A stretch of DNA of 64,000 nt. It comes from an uncultured Bacteroidales bacterium (GTDB taxonomy: Bacteria > Bacteroidota > Bacteroidia > Bacteroidales > JAGOPY01). The translations under genes and the position numbers were made by a program. Positions 1-8,980 of this stretch are shown piece by piece (within the stretch, counting starts at the first letter, position 1; every line of letters starts with the position of its first letter). Below the pieces are notes generated by a model that made no database searches, was not told the DNA's origin, and saw nothing but the letters and a program-made list of their open reading frames with translations. The stretch is taken from NCBI GenBank assembly GCA_963787195.1, contig CAWBCI010000026.1, positions 129,605-193,604 of the forward strand, written 5' to 3'.

Positions 1-214
1 TATCCTTCACATCGGCTTCATCCGGAAAATTATGCATTACATTTTTCAGCATTTCTTCTCCTGCAATTTGAAAGGTATTAAAAGGAATGTCATTAACATA
101 AGTCTCTTCCGTCATGGCTGGGATGCAATTATTAGCCATGGCTTCAACATTTTTACTATAGACGGAAAAAGTGAAGAGGAAGATTAAGAGCGGAGTTATT
201 AATAGTGATTTCAT
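1..214 (-). CDS. hypothetical secreted protein, N-terminal part only (gene runs off the left edge)
   Basis: Reverse-strand ATG at 212-214 opens MKSLLITPLLIFLFTFSVYS..., a signal-peptide-like N-terminus. The frame stays open to position 1. It is absent from the ORF track because no stop lies inside the window. Confidence 0.35.
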   Translation of the reverse strand, partial: MKSLLITPLLIFLFTFSVYSKNVEAMANNCIPAMTEETYVNDIPFNTFQIAGEEMLKNVMHNFPDEADVKD

Positions 215-397
215 TTTACTGAATTTTTGAATTGGCATTAGGCCTAATTATTAGCACAATCTGTGCCACTGTGTTTACAATGCTAAATATCAGATTATTA
301 CAAGGATTATAAAGGGTTAAAAAAAACGGATATCTGTTCGTTAAGCATACAAAATTGTACGACAGCGAACAGATTTAGAAAATATGGAAGGGAATGA

Positions 398-1066
398 TTA
401 TTTTCCTGCAATAACGATCACGATCTCACCTTTGACGCTTCCCTGGCTGAAATAAGCGATCAGTTCCGGGAGAGTGCCCCTGACGGTTTCTTCATAAATC
501 TTGGTGAGTTCCCTTGAAACACTGGCTTTACGCTCAGGACCGAATACCCCTGCGAATTGTTCCAGGGTTTTTACAAGGCGATGCGGGGATTCATAAAATA
601 TCATGGTATACTCCTGTCCGGCCAATTGCTGCAACCTGGTCTGCCTTCCCTTCTTCACAGGCAAAAAACCTTCGAAATAAAAACGATCTGCAGGAAGACC
701 AGAATTTACGAGCGCGGGAATGAATGCAGTAGGGCCCGGAAGACATTCCACTTCTATATTCCTTTGCACACATTCCCTGACCAGCAGGTAGCCCGGATCG
801 GAAATGGCAGGGGTGCCTGCATCTGTCACAAGCGCTATAGTTTCCCCGTTCTCAATACGGTCGGCAATGCCAGCTACTGTATGGTGTTCATTGAACTGAT
901 GATGAGCGCTCATCTTCTTGCTGATCTCAAAATGCTTCAGGAGGATACCGGTCTTTCGGGTGTCTTCGGCCAGAATAAGGTCTACCTCTTTCAAAACCTC
1001 CAGAGCCCTGAGGGTTATGTCCTGAAGATTTCCGATCGGGGTCGGGACGAGGTAGAGTTTGGCCAT
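398..1066 (-). CDS. rsmI: 16S rRNA (cytidine1402-2'-O)-methyltransferase
   Basis: N-terminus LYLVPTPIGNLQDITLRALEVLKEVDLILAEDTRKTG and DAGTPAISDPGY, YESPHR and RELTK motifs match the RsmI tetrapyrrole-methylase-fold family along the full length. Confidence 0.9.
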   Translation of the reverse strand: MAKLYLVPTPIGNLQDITLRALEVLKEVDLILAEDTRKTGILLKHFEISKKMSAHHQFNEHHTVAGIADRIENGETIALVTDAGTPAISDPGYLLVRECVQRNIEVECLPGPTAFIPALVNSGLPADRFYFEGFLPVKKGRQTRLQQLAGQEYTMIFYESPHRLVKTLEQFAGVFGPERKASVSRELTKIYEETVRGTLPELIAYFSQGSVKGEIVIVIAGK

Positions 1067-1072
1067 GAGCGC

Positions 1073-2323
1073 TCAGGATTTAAATTTGAAGAAGTCTACA
1101 AGTAGTTTGAAAAGCCCGTCATATCCGCCAAGGGGCAGGTCCTCCGCACGGTCTTTTACGCTGTGGTATTCATTGTATATCTTACTTCTTGTATAAATGA
1201 AAAATGAAGGCACCCCTTTTTTATAGAAAGGACAATGATCGCTGTTGCAACTTTCTCCGCGAGGGAGAATTTCAGGTAAGAAATTATTCTCGTCATTGAT
1301 CCTGATCATCTCATCGAAATCCTTTTGGAAAGCCGTAGCATTAACTATAGTAATGCCCTCATCCCCGGTTCCAACCATATCCAGGTTCACCAGGAAGGCT
1401 ATTTTATTCAGGGGAAATAAAGGGTGTTCTGCATCAAAGGAAGATCCCAGTAAACCGGCCTCTTCGCCGGCAAAGGCCATGAACACCATTGAATAGGTCG
1501 GCCGGTTTTCAGGCTGGGAGTAATAACGGGCAAGGTCCATCATCATGGCGGTACCGCTGGCATTGTCATTGGCTCCGGGGAAATAGGTCTTCCGTCCCAT
1601 TTGTCCCAGGTGATCATAGTGGGCGCTCACTACCAGGAAGGAATCCGGCACGGCACTTCCTTTGATGAAGGCAATCACATTCTGTGTTTTATAATCCGGT
1701 TCAAATCTATTCCTGACTTCTACAGTTATAGTCTGAGACTGTTCGTTAAGCCTGGGAGAGCGCACTATGACTGTCATATAATCCTGTACCAGGTTCCCGT
1801 TCGAAACATGCCACCAGAGATTATCTTCTTCCCCGATGGGGATGACAATTCCTTTGGAATGAAAGGGGTTATTAAGTGAAAGATCACGGATATTGCCTCC
1901 CTTCATAACCACAAACTTATCATGCAGGTCCATCTTTTTAAAAGCAGCAGTATCACCGTCAAACCAGACCAGTCCGAAGGTTCCGTGCATAGCCGGGGAA
2001 GACGATGCAACCAGGAATTCGCTTCCGGGTTCTAGTTTCACATCGTCTATCCCTACTTCCAGTTTCCCCGGAAGAATGTTTATGGGCATTCTGAAATACT
2101 GGAAATAATTCTTCCCAAAAAACTGCAGGTGGTCTTTCTTGAATTCCCTGGCAATAAAACGGGCTGCAATATGATCTCCTTTTTTAAGATAGCCCCGGCC
2201 ATGAAATTCAGGTGATGCCAGTTTTCCTATTATATCCTTCGCATAAGGCTTGTCCTGTCCTGTAACAGGCTGAAATGCAAGCAACAGGACAATGATCGCC
2301 AGATTAAAAAAGCTTTTAAACAT
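1073..2323 (-). CDS. M28 family metallopeptidase (aminopeptidase-like), secreted
   Basis: Signal peptide is present. M28 zinc-ligand motifs SAHYDHLG, GANDNASG, FAGEEAGLLGS and NLDMVG are present. Confidence 0.85.
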   Translation of the reverse strand: MFKSFFNLAIIVLLLAFQPVTGQDKPYAKDIIGKLASPEFHGRGYLKKGDHIAARFIAREFKKDHLQFFGKNYFQYFRMPINILPGKLEVGIDDVKLEPGSEFLVASSSPAMHGTFGLVWFDGDTAAFKKMDLHDKFVVMKGGNIRDLSLNNPFHSKGIVIPIGEEDNLWWHVSNGNLVQDYMTVIVRSPRLNEQSQTITVEVRNRFEPDYKTQNVIAFIKGSAVPDSFLVVSAHYDHLGQMGRKTYFPGANDNASGTAMMMDLARYYSQPENRPTYSMVFMAFAGEEAGLLGSSFDAEHPLFPLNKIAFLVNLDMVGTGDEGITIVNATAFQKDFDEMIRINDENNFLPEILPRGESCNSDHCPFYKKGVPSFFIYTRSKIYNEYHSVKDRAEDLPLGGYDGLFKLLVDFFKFKS

Positions 2324-2332
2324 AATGCACAG

Positions 2333-3277
2333 TTAAAATTTTCTCCGGATCAGATCTACAAATGCCCTGGCTGTATTTTCTTCCATGTCCCAGTTATGGG
2401 TCAGGCGTAATTCGGTCAGTATGAGTTCGGCCTGGGAAACGGCGGCACAATTATTCAGGCGGTTGATCGACTCCTCATAGGACCTGAGGTTCCCATCAAA
2501 CAATTCATTGATAAAGAGAAATTTCTCATTGATCCCGATATGGGATTTCAGATCGTGAACACGGTTTTCTTTCAGTTTTTCAGCGATGCTTTTCTCCGTA
2601 TGGTCCTTGAGTTTGTCAGCCAGAGTGCTGGACGGTTCATTGAAGAGATCAAGGGTAGTGAGTTTGGCCTTTTCATGATTTTCGTTCTCATTCTTATCAT
2701 TTTTCGGATCCTCTGCAGCTTGTCTCGGCTCCTGCTGAGTAGTTTCCTGAATACTAATCCCCGGGACATTCCTTTCGGGCATATTCGGATCGGGGGCTGT
2801 TTCTTCCGACAAATTCATGGAAAATCTGTGAGTGGCTTCAGGCTTCTTTTCAGGTTCAGGCGCTTTTTCTTCCTTTTTTGAAAATTCCTCCGCTTTTTGG
2901 ATCTCCGGCTTTTTATATTCCGGTTGCATTACCACTGGCTCGGGTTCGGGTTTGGGTTCCGGTTCGGGCTCCGGTTCTGATTCATGCTCTGATTCGGGTT
3001 CTGATTCCTGAACTGGTTCCGGCTTCGTTTGAGTTTCGGGTATAGTTTTTAACTTCTCTGATTCCGGCTGAGTATTAGATTCCAGACTGAAATATATTTC
3101 CGGCCGGTTTTCCTTTTCCAGCTCTAACAGGAGTTCATAAATATTCCGGATATTTTCCTTTAAAAGGTCCAGTTCGATCAATGGGATCTTTTCCGAATGA
3201 TTCCGGATTATCCCAAATTGTTCATTAATTATCTCCAGCTTGTCTTCTATGGCTTTCTTCAACATTTCCTTATCCAT
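2333..3277 (-). CDS. hypothetical protein with central Glu/Pro-rich low-complexity linker
   Basis: 314-aa ORF. Its structured N- and C-terminal parts are joined by ESEPESEHESEPEPEPEPKPEPEP. No family recognised. Confidence 0.6.
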   Translation of the reverse strand: MDKEMLKKAIEDKLEIINEQFGIIRNHSEKIPLIELDLLKENIRNIYELLLELEKENRPEIYFSLESNTQPESEKLKTIPETQTKPEPVQESEPESEHESEPEPEPEPKPEPEPVVMQPEYKKPEIQKAEEFSKKEEKAPEPEKKPEATHRFSMNLSEETAPDPNMPERNVPGISIQETTQQEPRQAAEDPKNDKNENENHEKAKLTTLDLFNEPSSTLADKLKDHTEKSIAEKLKENRVHDLKSHIGINEKFLFINELFDGNLRSYEESINRLNNCAAVSQAELILTELRLTHNWDMEENTARAFVDLIRRKF

Positions 3278-3514
3278 ATCAATAATTTATTCTAGGATGA
3301 TTATCAGTATTATTTTGCCTTAATTGCTAACTTTGTCCTGAACGGATAGTTAAAATTACTAAGAATTTTAGAATACGGGTTAATAACAGCTATTTGTGAG
3401 CTTTATTTTGATAAATGGGATTTTTAAGCTTTTATTTGCAGATTGAAAATCACAGTTAGTCCCCGTAATGAGCAGCTGTAACTATTGATTATTAAATTAT
3501 ATCCTCCATTTTGA

Positions 3515-4093
3515 ATGTTTCTGGAAAGATTGCATAGTAACCGCAGGACAGGCTGGATAGAAGTGATCTGCGGGTCCATGTTTTCGGGTAAGACCGAAGA
3601 GCTGATCCGCAGGCTGAAGAGGGCACAAATCGCCAGGCAAAGCGTGGAGATCTTCAAGCCTTCGGTAGATATCCGCTATGATGTTGAAGATGTGGTTTCC
3701 CATGATTCCCGCGTGGTACACTCCACCCCGGTGGACACGGCTTCCCAGATATTGCTTTATGCCAATGATTATGATGTGGTTGGTATCGATGAAGCCCAGT
3801 TCTTCGACAACGAACTTGTTTCGGTATGCAATACCCTCGCCGATATGGGGACCCGTGTGATAGTCGCCGGCCTGGATATGGATTATATGCGCAAGCCTTT
3901 CGGGCCAATGCCGGCCCTGCTCGCCTCCGCCGAATACGTGGATAAAGTGCATGCTATCTGCATCAGTTGCGGTGGACTGGCCCAGTATTCCCACCGGACA
4001 ATAAACAAGGAAGGCCTCGTCGTGCTAGGCGAGACCGACAACTACGAGCCGCTTTGCAGGCAATGTTACCTTGAGAAGATGAAAGGGAAATGA
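3515..4093 (+). CDS. tdk: thymidine kinase
   Basis: P-loop [14 protein letters not shown], the DEAQFF motif and a C-terminal Cys zinc ribbon (CISCG...CRQC) are typical of type II TK. Confidence 0.92.
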   Translation: MFLERLHSNRRTGWIEVICGSMFSGKTEELIRRLKRAQIARQSVEIFKPSVDIRYDVEDVVSHDSRVVHSTPVDTASQILLYANDYDVVGIDEAQFFDNELVSVCNTLADMGTRVIVAGLDMDYMRKPFGPMPALLASAEYVDKVHAICISCGGLAQYSHRTINKEGLVVLGETDNYEPLCRQCYLEKMKGK

Positions 4094-4094
4094 C

Positions 4095-4285
4095 GTAGCG
4101 ATGTAGCTCTCCCGCCCCCATCCCCTGGCCCCTTCCCCCAAACGGGTGAAGGGGAAGATTTAACGATGTGACGAAATGTCGATATGACGAACTAATTCGA
4201 AAATCATACATTATATCGAAAATCGATAATTGACTATCGTGTAATCTGCTCAACCCATTCTCCCAAATGGGTGAAGGGAAAATCC
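4095..4285. repeat. GC-rich hairpin-ended MITE-like element, copy A
   Basis: Shares CCCGCCCCCATCCCCTGGCCCCTTCCCCC..GGGTGAAGGGGAA plus an AT-rich core (GACGATGT..ATCGATATGACGAA.TAATTCGAA..ATACATTATATCGAAAATCGA.AAT) with copy C. The right end is degenerate. Confidence 0.6.
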
Positions 4286-4288
4286 GGA

Positions 4289-4681
4289 CTACTTATTTTT
4301 AATTTCTGTTTCTATTCTTTCTATTACGGATTCTAATTGGTTCATTACTTCCTCATTTTTGAAGCGTAACTCATTTATACCCAATTTTTTTAAAATAGCC
4401 GTTCGTTCTTTATCTCTTTCTTCCTGTTTCTTTTGATCATGAACTTCCCCGTCAACTTCGATCACTAACATAGCATCATAACAGAAAAAATCCACAATGA
4501 AATCCTTTATCGGGTGTTGTCGTCTGAACCGATAGCCTAAAAGCTGCTTATTCCGCAATTTCTCCCACAGGACCTTCTCGGCAACAGTCATTGAATTCCT
4601 CAATTTCCACGCGAACTTCAACAGGTCTACTTTGGCGCCAAAATAAAACGGGAATTCCTCCCTGCCACCTAATTTTACCAT
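4289..4681 (-). CDS. DUF559 (Vsr-like endonuclease fold) domain protein
   Basis: LWEKLRNKQLLGYRFRRQHPI..FIVDFFCYDAMLVIEVDGEVH matches the DUF559 signature. Confidence 0.8.
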   Translation of the reverse strand: MVKLGGREEFPFYFGAKVDLLKFAWKLRNSMTVAEKVLWEKLRNKQLLGYRFRRQHPIKDFIVDFFCYDAMLVIEVDGEVHDQKKQEERDKERTAILKKLGINELRFKNEEVMNQLESVIERIETEIKNK

Positions 4682-4704
4682 ATTATTTAAATAAAATTTA
4701 ACCG

Positions 4705-4890
4705 AATGTAACGATATGCTTCCCTGCCCCTAACCCCTGGCCCCTTCCCCCAAAACGGGGGAAGGGGAATGATTTGACGATGTAGCCATTTGAACGAAGT
4801 TTAAGATTTAATAGATTGAAATTCTATTCACCTCCCCCCGATTGGGGGGAGGCCGGGAGGGGGACTGGAAAATTCGACAGTTCAATAGCT
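4705..4890. repeat. GC-rich hairpin-ended MITE-like element, copy B (divergent core)
   Basis: The left end CTGCCCCTAACCCCTGGCCCCTTCCCCCAAAACGGGGGAAGGGGAATGATTTGACGATGT is near-identical to copy C. The right end GGGAGGGGGACTGGAAAATTCGACA resembles the copy C right end. Confidence 0.5.
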
Positions 4891-4892
4891 TC

Positions 4893-6392
4893 TCACTCCT
4901 TTATCCACTTCCCGCCCTCAATCGTTCCTTTCTCGTTTTCTATTCTCCAGATATAGGTTCCCGGCGGAAAATTCGAGGTATTTATGGTGTTATGATCATT
5001 GATTGACTTTCTTGTCAGGATTTCTTTCCCATCTATACTAAAAAGTCTGAAAACCGCATTGGGCCAATCACAGATTATATTCAGATGATCTGATCCGGGA
5101 TTGGGATAAACCAATGCATTGGCCTGGGTGACTGTATGATTTTCAGGTAGGTCCGTCAATATGCCATTGTCATTCACTTTCAAAACCCAGGCATCAAAAT
5201 TCAATGGCGGATCCACATTATGATCACTGTCATATCTTTGATTACAAAGAATTACTCCACCATCACTCGTTACATTTATATCAACATTTAAATAATACTT
5301 ATTATCCAGATTATAATACCGGGTAAACAAATGATTAAAATTTGAATCCAGTTTAGTAAGCGTTATCCAGGATACGACATCTGGATAATACCCGATGGTC
5401 ACATTATGCGTTCCGGATATATAAATATCACCCTCCTGGTTTATGTCAATGGCTCTAAAAAAAGATGGGTAGTCTAAAGTATCTTTCGTTCCAATCATAT
5501 ATGATTCCAGGAAATTAGCATTTGAATCTATTCTAAACACCTGGACATCATCGTCCTGTGTTTTATACGGATAAATATATAGTGCACTCCCCAGCCAACT
5601 TTCAGGGCTTTCTTGAATTATATTGAATGGAGTCCCGATTTCTGGATGGAACTCTTGCATGGAGAGCAAATTAAAATCCAGGTCAAATTTAACCAACTGG
5701 TTTACCCCCCCCTGAAATCCCTGTCCAAATATCCAAATTTGTGTTGAATCAGCATTGAAGCAGGCATCATTTACATGTTGCCCCCCTTCCATTTTAATTA
5801 ACTGCGAACAGATAGTATCGCCATTTGAATTGTACTTATAAAAACAGAGATCACCTGGATCAAAACCTTGATTATTATATGGCTCACTCAGTGAAACGGC
5901 AAAAATAAAATTACCTTCATGATCAGTAAGTAGGTGTTTCGATTTGGTTCTAAAATCATAGTATACTGATGGTATATGAAAAGCTTTTTTTTGGATAATT
6001 TCCAGATCGCTATTAATTAGCATATTATACATCCCATAGGATAAATTCGAATCTAATGATGTATATGTTCCAATTACTAATAAATTTCCTCCAACAGAAA
6101 TAATAGTATTTATACTAATACTTGAATCCGGGAAGTGAACAAATCTTTGAATAGTATTACCATCAATATCTGATTTAATAAAATTCAAGGAGTAATGACC
6201 GGGGACTATACTGTCTCTTATCCCTCCCATGAAATAATAATTATTATCAGTATGCTCATGTGATAGACCAACACTTTCAGAAAATTTCGATTTTAAAAAG
6301 AAACTAAAAGTGGACTGTGCATTGGAAATCATTCCTGAAAAGAAAATCAAGAAAAGAATGGAGATCGATTTAAAAAATGTAATCCCTGGCAT
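4893..6392 (-). CDS. secreted beta-propeller-like protein with T9SS C-terminal sorting domain
   Basis: N-terminal signal peptide. C-terminal ~80 aa (LVYPNPGSDHLNI...FRLFSIDGKEIL...GTYIWRIE) fit the Por/T9SS CTD pattern. Confidence 0.75.
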   Translation of the reverse strand: MPGITFFKSISILFLIFFSGMISNAQSTFSFFLKSKFSESVGLSHEHTDNNYYFMGGIRDSIVPGHYSLNFIKSDIDGNTIQRFVHFPDSSISINTIISVGGNLLVIGTYTSLDSNLSYGMYNMLINSDLEIIQKKAFHIPSVYYDFRTKSKHLLTDHEGNFIFAVSLSEPYNNQGFDPGDLCFYKYNSNGDTICSQLIKMEGGQHVNDACFNADSTQIWIFGQGFQGGVNQLVKFDLDFNLLSMQEFHPEIGTPFNIIQESPESWLGSALYIYPYKTQDDDVQVFRIDSNANFLESYMIGTKDTLDYPSFFRAIDINQEGDIYISGTHNVTIGYYPDVVSWITLTKLDSNFNHLFTRYYNLDNKYYLNVDINVTSDGGVILCNQRYDSDHNVDPPLNFDAWVLKVNDNGILTDLPENHTVTQANALVYPNPGSDHLNIICDWPNAVFRLFSIDGKEILTRKSINDHNTINTSNFPPGTYIWRIENEKGTIEGGKWIKE

Positions 6393-6484
6393 ATAAGTAA
6401 ATTAAGATTCAAATATAGAGATTTCGGTAGTTTTTCAAAATTAAATCTAAAATAAAATTACACTTTATTGTTTAAGAGATGCGT

Positions 6485-6712
6485 AATGACGTATCGCCCC
6501 TGCCCCCATCCCCTGGCCCCTTCCCCCGGACGGGGGAAGGGGAATGATTTGACGATGTAAAGAAATATCGATATGACGAATTAATTCGAATATCGTACAT
6601 TATATCGAAAATCGACAATGGACAATCGTGTAATTCCTCTGTTCCCTTCCCCCGTTTGGGGGAAGGGTTGGGGATGGGGGCGGGAAAGTTCGACATTTCG
6701 ATATTTCGTTAC
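6485..6712. repeat. GC-rich hairpin-ended MITE-like element, copy C (most complete)
   Basis: The left arm CCCCTGCCCCCATCCCCTGGCCCCTTCCCCC (about 6497-6527) is the inverted complement of the right arm GGGGGAAGGGTTGGGGATGGGGGCGGG (about 6657-6683). Each arm also contains its own small hairpin. Confidence 0.65.
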
Positions 6713-6772
6713 ATCTTAACACTTTTCTTCCTACTTTTGTGATCTTATAAAAATTAATGTAAGTCAAACAAC

Positions 6773-7420
6773 ATGAAAAAGATCATTTTATTCACACTCA
6801 TCCTGCTATTAGGATATAATCAAGCAACCATGTCACAGGACAAATCGAAGAACAACAAGGAAACCCTTGTGTTGATCAAAACAAATTTCGGGGATATCAC
6901 CGCGAAGCTATACAACGACACGCCTTTGCACCGCGATAATTTTATCAAGCTGATCAAGGAAGGCTGGTATAAGAATTCTCCTTTCCACCGCGTTATCAAC
7001 GGTTTTATGATACAGGGCGGAGGAAATGCGGATGGCCGTACCGATCCGGGTTATACTATCCCTGCTGAGATAAGGCCCAACCATTTTCATAAAAAAGGCG
7101 CCCTTGCCGCGGCCCGTATGCCCGACCAGGTGAATCCCGAGAAAAAATCTTCAGGCAGCCAGTTTTACATAGTGCAGGGAACCGTGGTCCCCGAGTCTAC
7201 TCTGGATGCTTTCGAACAGCGTTCCGGCAAGAAATTCACTCCCGAAGAAAGAAAAATATATACTACCATCGGCGGAACTCCTCACCTTGACGGCAATTAT
7301 ACCGTTTTTGGAGAAATAATTTCCGGATTCGATGTAGTGGATAAGATCGCAGCAGTGAAAAGGGATGCGCATGATAAACCCCTCACCCCGGTTACGATGA
7401 ATATTTCAATTATAGAATAA
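6773..7420 (+). CDS. cyclophilin-type peptidyl-prolyl cis-trans isomerase, secreted
   Basis: Signal peptide is present. Cyclophilin motifs FHRVINGFMIQGG and SQFYIV are present. Confidence 0.9.
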   Translation: MKKIILFTLILLLGYNQATMSQDKSKNNKETLVLIKTNFGDITAKLYNDTPLHRDNFIKLIKEGWYKNSPFHRVINGFMIQGGGNADGRTDPGYTIPAEIRPNHFHKKGALAAARMPDQVNPEKKSSGSQFYIVQGTVVPESTLDAFEQRSGKKFTPEERKIYTTIGGTPHLDGNYTVFGEIISGFDVVDKIAAVKRDAHDKPLTPVTMNISIIE

Positions 7421-7438
7421 TAAGCTTTTCCTTACGAG

Positions 7439-7467
7439 GGCAGGCCGGAATATCCGGCCTGCCTTTT
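7439..7467 (+). terminator. intrinsic terminator-like hairpin after the PPIase gene
   Basis: GGCAGGCCGG-AATAT-CCGGCCTGCC is a perfect 10-bp GC stem followed by TTTT. Confidence 0.75.
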
Positions 7468-7484
7468 AAATCAGCAGCTTAGCC

Positions 7485-8507
7485 ATGAAAGAAGAGATCA
7501 AAAAATACCAGGAGGAGATCGAGGCCTTTGTGACCGACAGCAAAGAAGCCCTCGACCAGTTCCGTATACGTTACCTCAGTAAAAAGGGCATCATTCCTTC
7601 TCTTTTTGCCTCCTTTAAAGATGTGCAGCCTGAACTGCGCAAGGAGATCGGGCAGCAGCTGAACCAACTCAAGTTAATTGCCCAGGAAAAGCTGAATGAG
7701 TTGAAAGATCAACTTGAAGGAAGCACAGAGGTCGCGGGCCCCTCGCTTGACCTGAGCCTCCCTTCGGGATTTACCGAAGTAGGGTCACGTCATCCTATTT
7801 CCATTATCCGTAAAAAAATAGTGGATATATTTTCACGGATCGGATTCGTTGTGTCGGAAGGCCCTGAAATAGAGGACGACTGGCATAATTTCACGGCCCT
7901 GAATTTTGCAGAGGACCATCCGGCCAGGGATATGCAGGATACTTTCTTTATTTCCAATGATCCTGAGATCCTGCTTCGCACCCATACCTCGTCTGTCCAG
8001 ATCAGGGCGATGCAATTGCGTAAACCACCCATCAGGGAAATATACCCCGGAAGGGTTTTCCGTAATGAAGCTATCTCGGCCAGGGCGCATTGTATCTTCC
8101 ACCAGGTGGAAGGACTTTACGTGGATGAAAATGTTTCCTTCGCAGATCTGAAACAGACCCTCTTTTATTTCGCCAAGGAAATGTTCGGGGAAGCAACTGC
8201 CACCAGGTTCAGGCCCAGTTATTTCCCCTTCACCGAACCTTCGGCTGAAATGGATATCACCTGCAATATATGCGGCGGAAAAGGATGCAATATTTGTAAG
8301 TACACGGGATGGGTTGAAATCCTCGGCTGTGGCATGGTTGATCCGCAGGTACTGGAAAACTGCGGCATCGACAGTACAAAATATACAGGCTTTGCTTTTG
8401 GTATGGGGATAGAAAGAATAGCCATGCTGAAATACCAGGTCAATGATATCCGTCTCTACTTCGAAAATGACATGCGCTTCCTGAAACAATTCACATCGGC
8501 CATCTGA
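7485..8507 (+). CDS. pheS: phenylalanine--tRNA ligase alpha subunit
   Basis: Full-length match to PheS: class II aaRS motifs HPARDMQDTFF, FRNEAISARAH and GFAFGMGIERIAML. Confidence 0.95.
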   Translation: MKEEIKKYQEEIEAFVTDSKEALDQFRIRYLSKKGIIPSLFASFKDVQPELRKEIGQQLNQLKLIAQEKLNELKDQLEGSTEVAGPSLDLSLPSGFTEVGSRHPISIIRKKIVDIFSRIGFVVSEGPEIEDDWHNFTALNFAEDHPARDMQDTFFISNDPEILLRTHTSSVQIRAMQLRKPPIREIYPGRVFRNEAISARAHCIFHQVEGLYVDENVSFADLKQTLFYFAKEMFGEATATRFRPSYFPFTEPSAEMDITCNICGGKGCNICKYTGWVEILGCGMVDPQVLENCGIDSTKYTGFAFGMGIERIAMLKYQVNDIRLYFENDMRFLKQFTSAI

Positions 8508-8509
8508 GC

Positions 8510-8965
8510 CTATTTCCCCAGCATGTGCAGTTCGATCTCTTCAAAGATTACGTCTGCATTTTTCAATTTGTCGGGATTAATTACAAAGGCGGTCAGGACC
8601 TGTTCCACTGATTTTATCTGCTGAATGAGATGCTTTAATTTTGCTTCCTCCAGAATATCGTCAACAACAAGAAAAAAATCTATGGCTCTCTGGGATGGCA
8701 CAAGGCGGCCTTCAGGATGCTGGTTCTGTATCAGAAAATAATTTCTTCTTTCATCATTATCCTTAAAAAGATAAAAAGAATATGCCCTGTCGTTTTGTTC
8801 ATCCGGAATAATCAGATCATCTATCCTTTTAAAAGAAAAATTCATCTTGCGGTTAATCCCGAAAGCCAGGCGGTAATTCTTCAACTGGCATGATATTCCG
8901 ATCAGTGTGAATTCTGAAGATGAGGAAGATGACTGAATTTTGAATTTCTTTACCACAAAAAACAA
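8510..8965 (-). CDS. IPExxxVDY-family-like hypothetical protein
   Basis: The ~150-aa Bacteroidota pattern is present: LIGISCQLKNYRLAFGINRKM near the N-terminus and LVPSQRAIDFFL at the position of the IPExxxVDY signature. Confidence 0.55.
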   Translation of the reverse strand: MFFVVKKFKIQSSSSSSEFTLIGISCQLKNYRLAFGINRKMNFSFKRIDDLIIPDEQNDRAYSFYLFKDNDERRNYFLIQNQHPEGRLVPSQRAIDFFLVVDDILEEAKLKHLIQQIKSVEQVLTAFVINPDKLKNADVIFEEIELHMLGK

Positions 8966-8980
8966 AGATTATTTAAACGA

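Noticed and set aside
3497-3994. A 165-aa ORF lies antisense to tdk. Similar long antisense ORFs include 7833..8489 (pheS), 23526..24209 (TolC), 30575..31048 (decarboxylase), 35540..36022 (ubiE), 47577..48074 (MMPL) and 21786..22298 (M1 peptidase).
   Set aside because: Each lies entirely within a gene with strong family motifs on the opposite strand and has no recognisable motifs of its own. These are typical shadow ORFs.
6472-6696. ORFs lie over repeat elements: 6472..6696, 3963..4253, 37974..38168 and 39109..39354.
   Set aside because: They translate GC-rich hairpin repeats into Pro/Gly/Arg/Ser-rich products and coincide exactly with the repeat copies, so they are artefacts of repeat composition.
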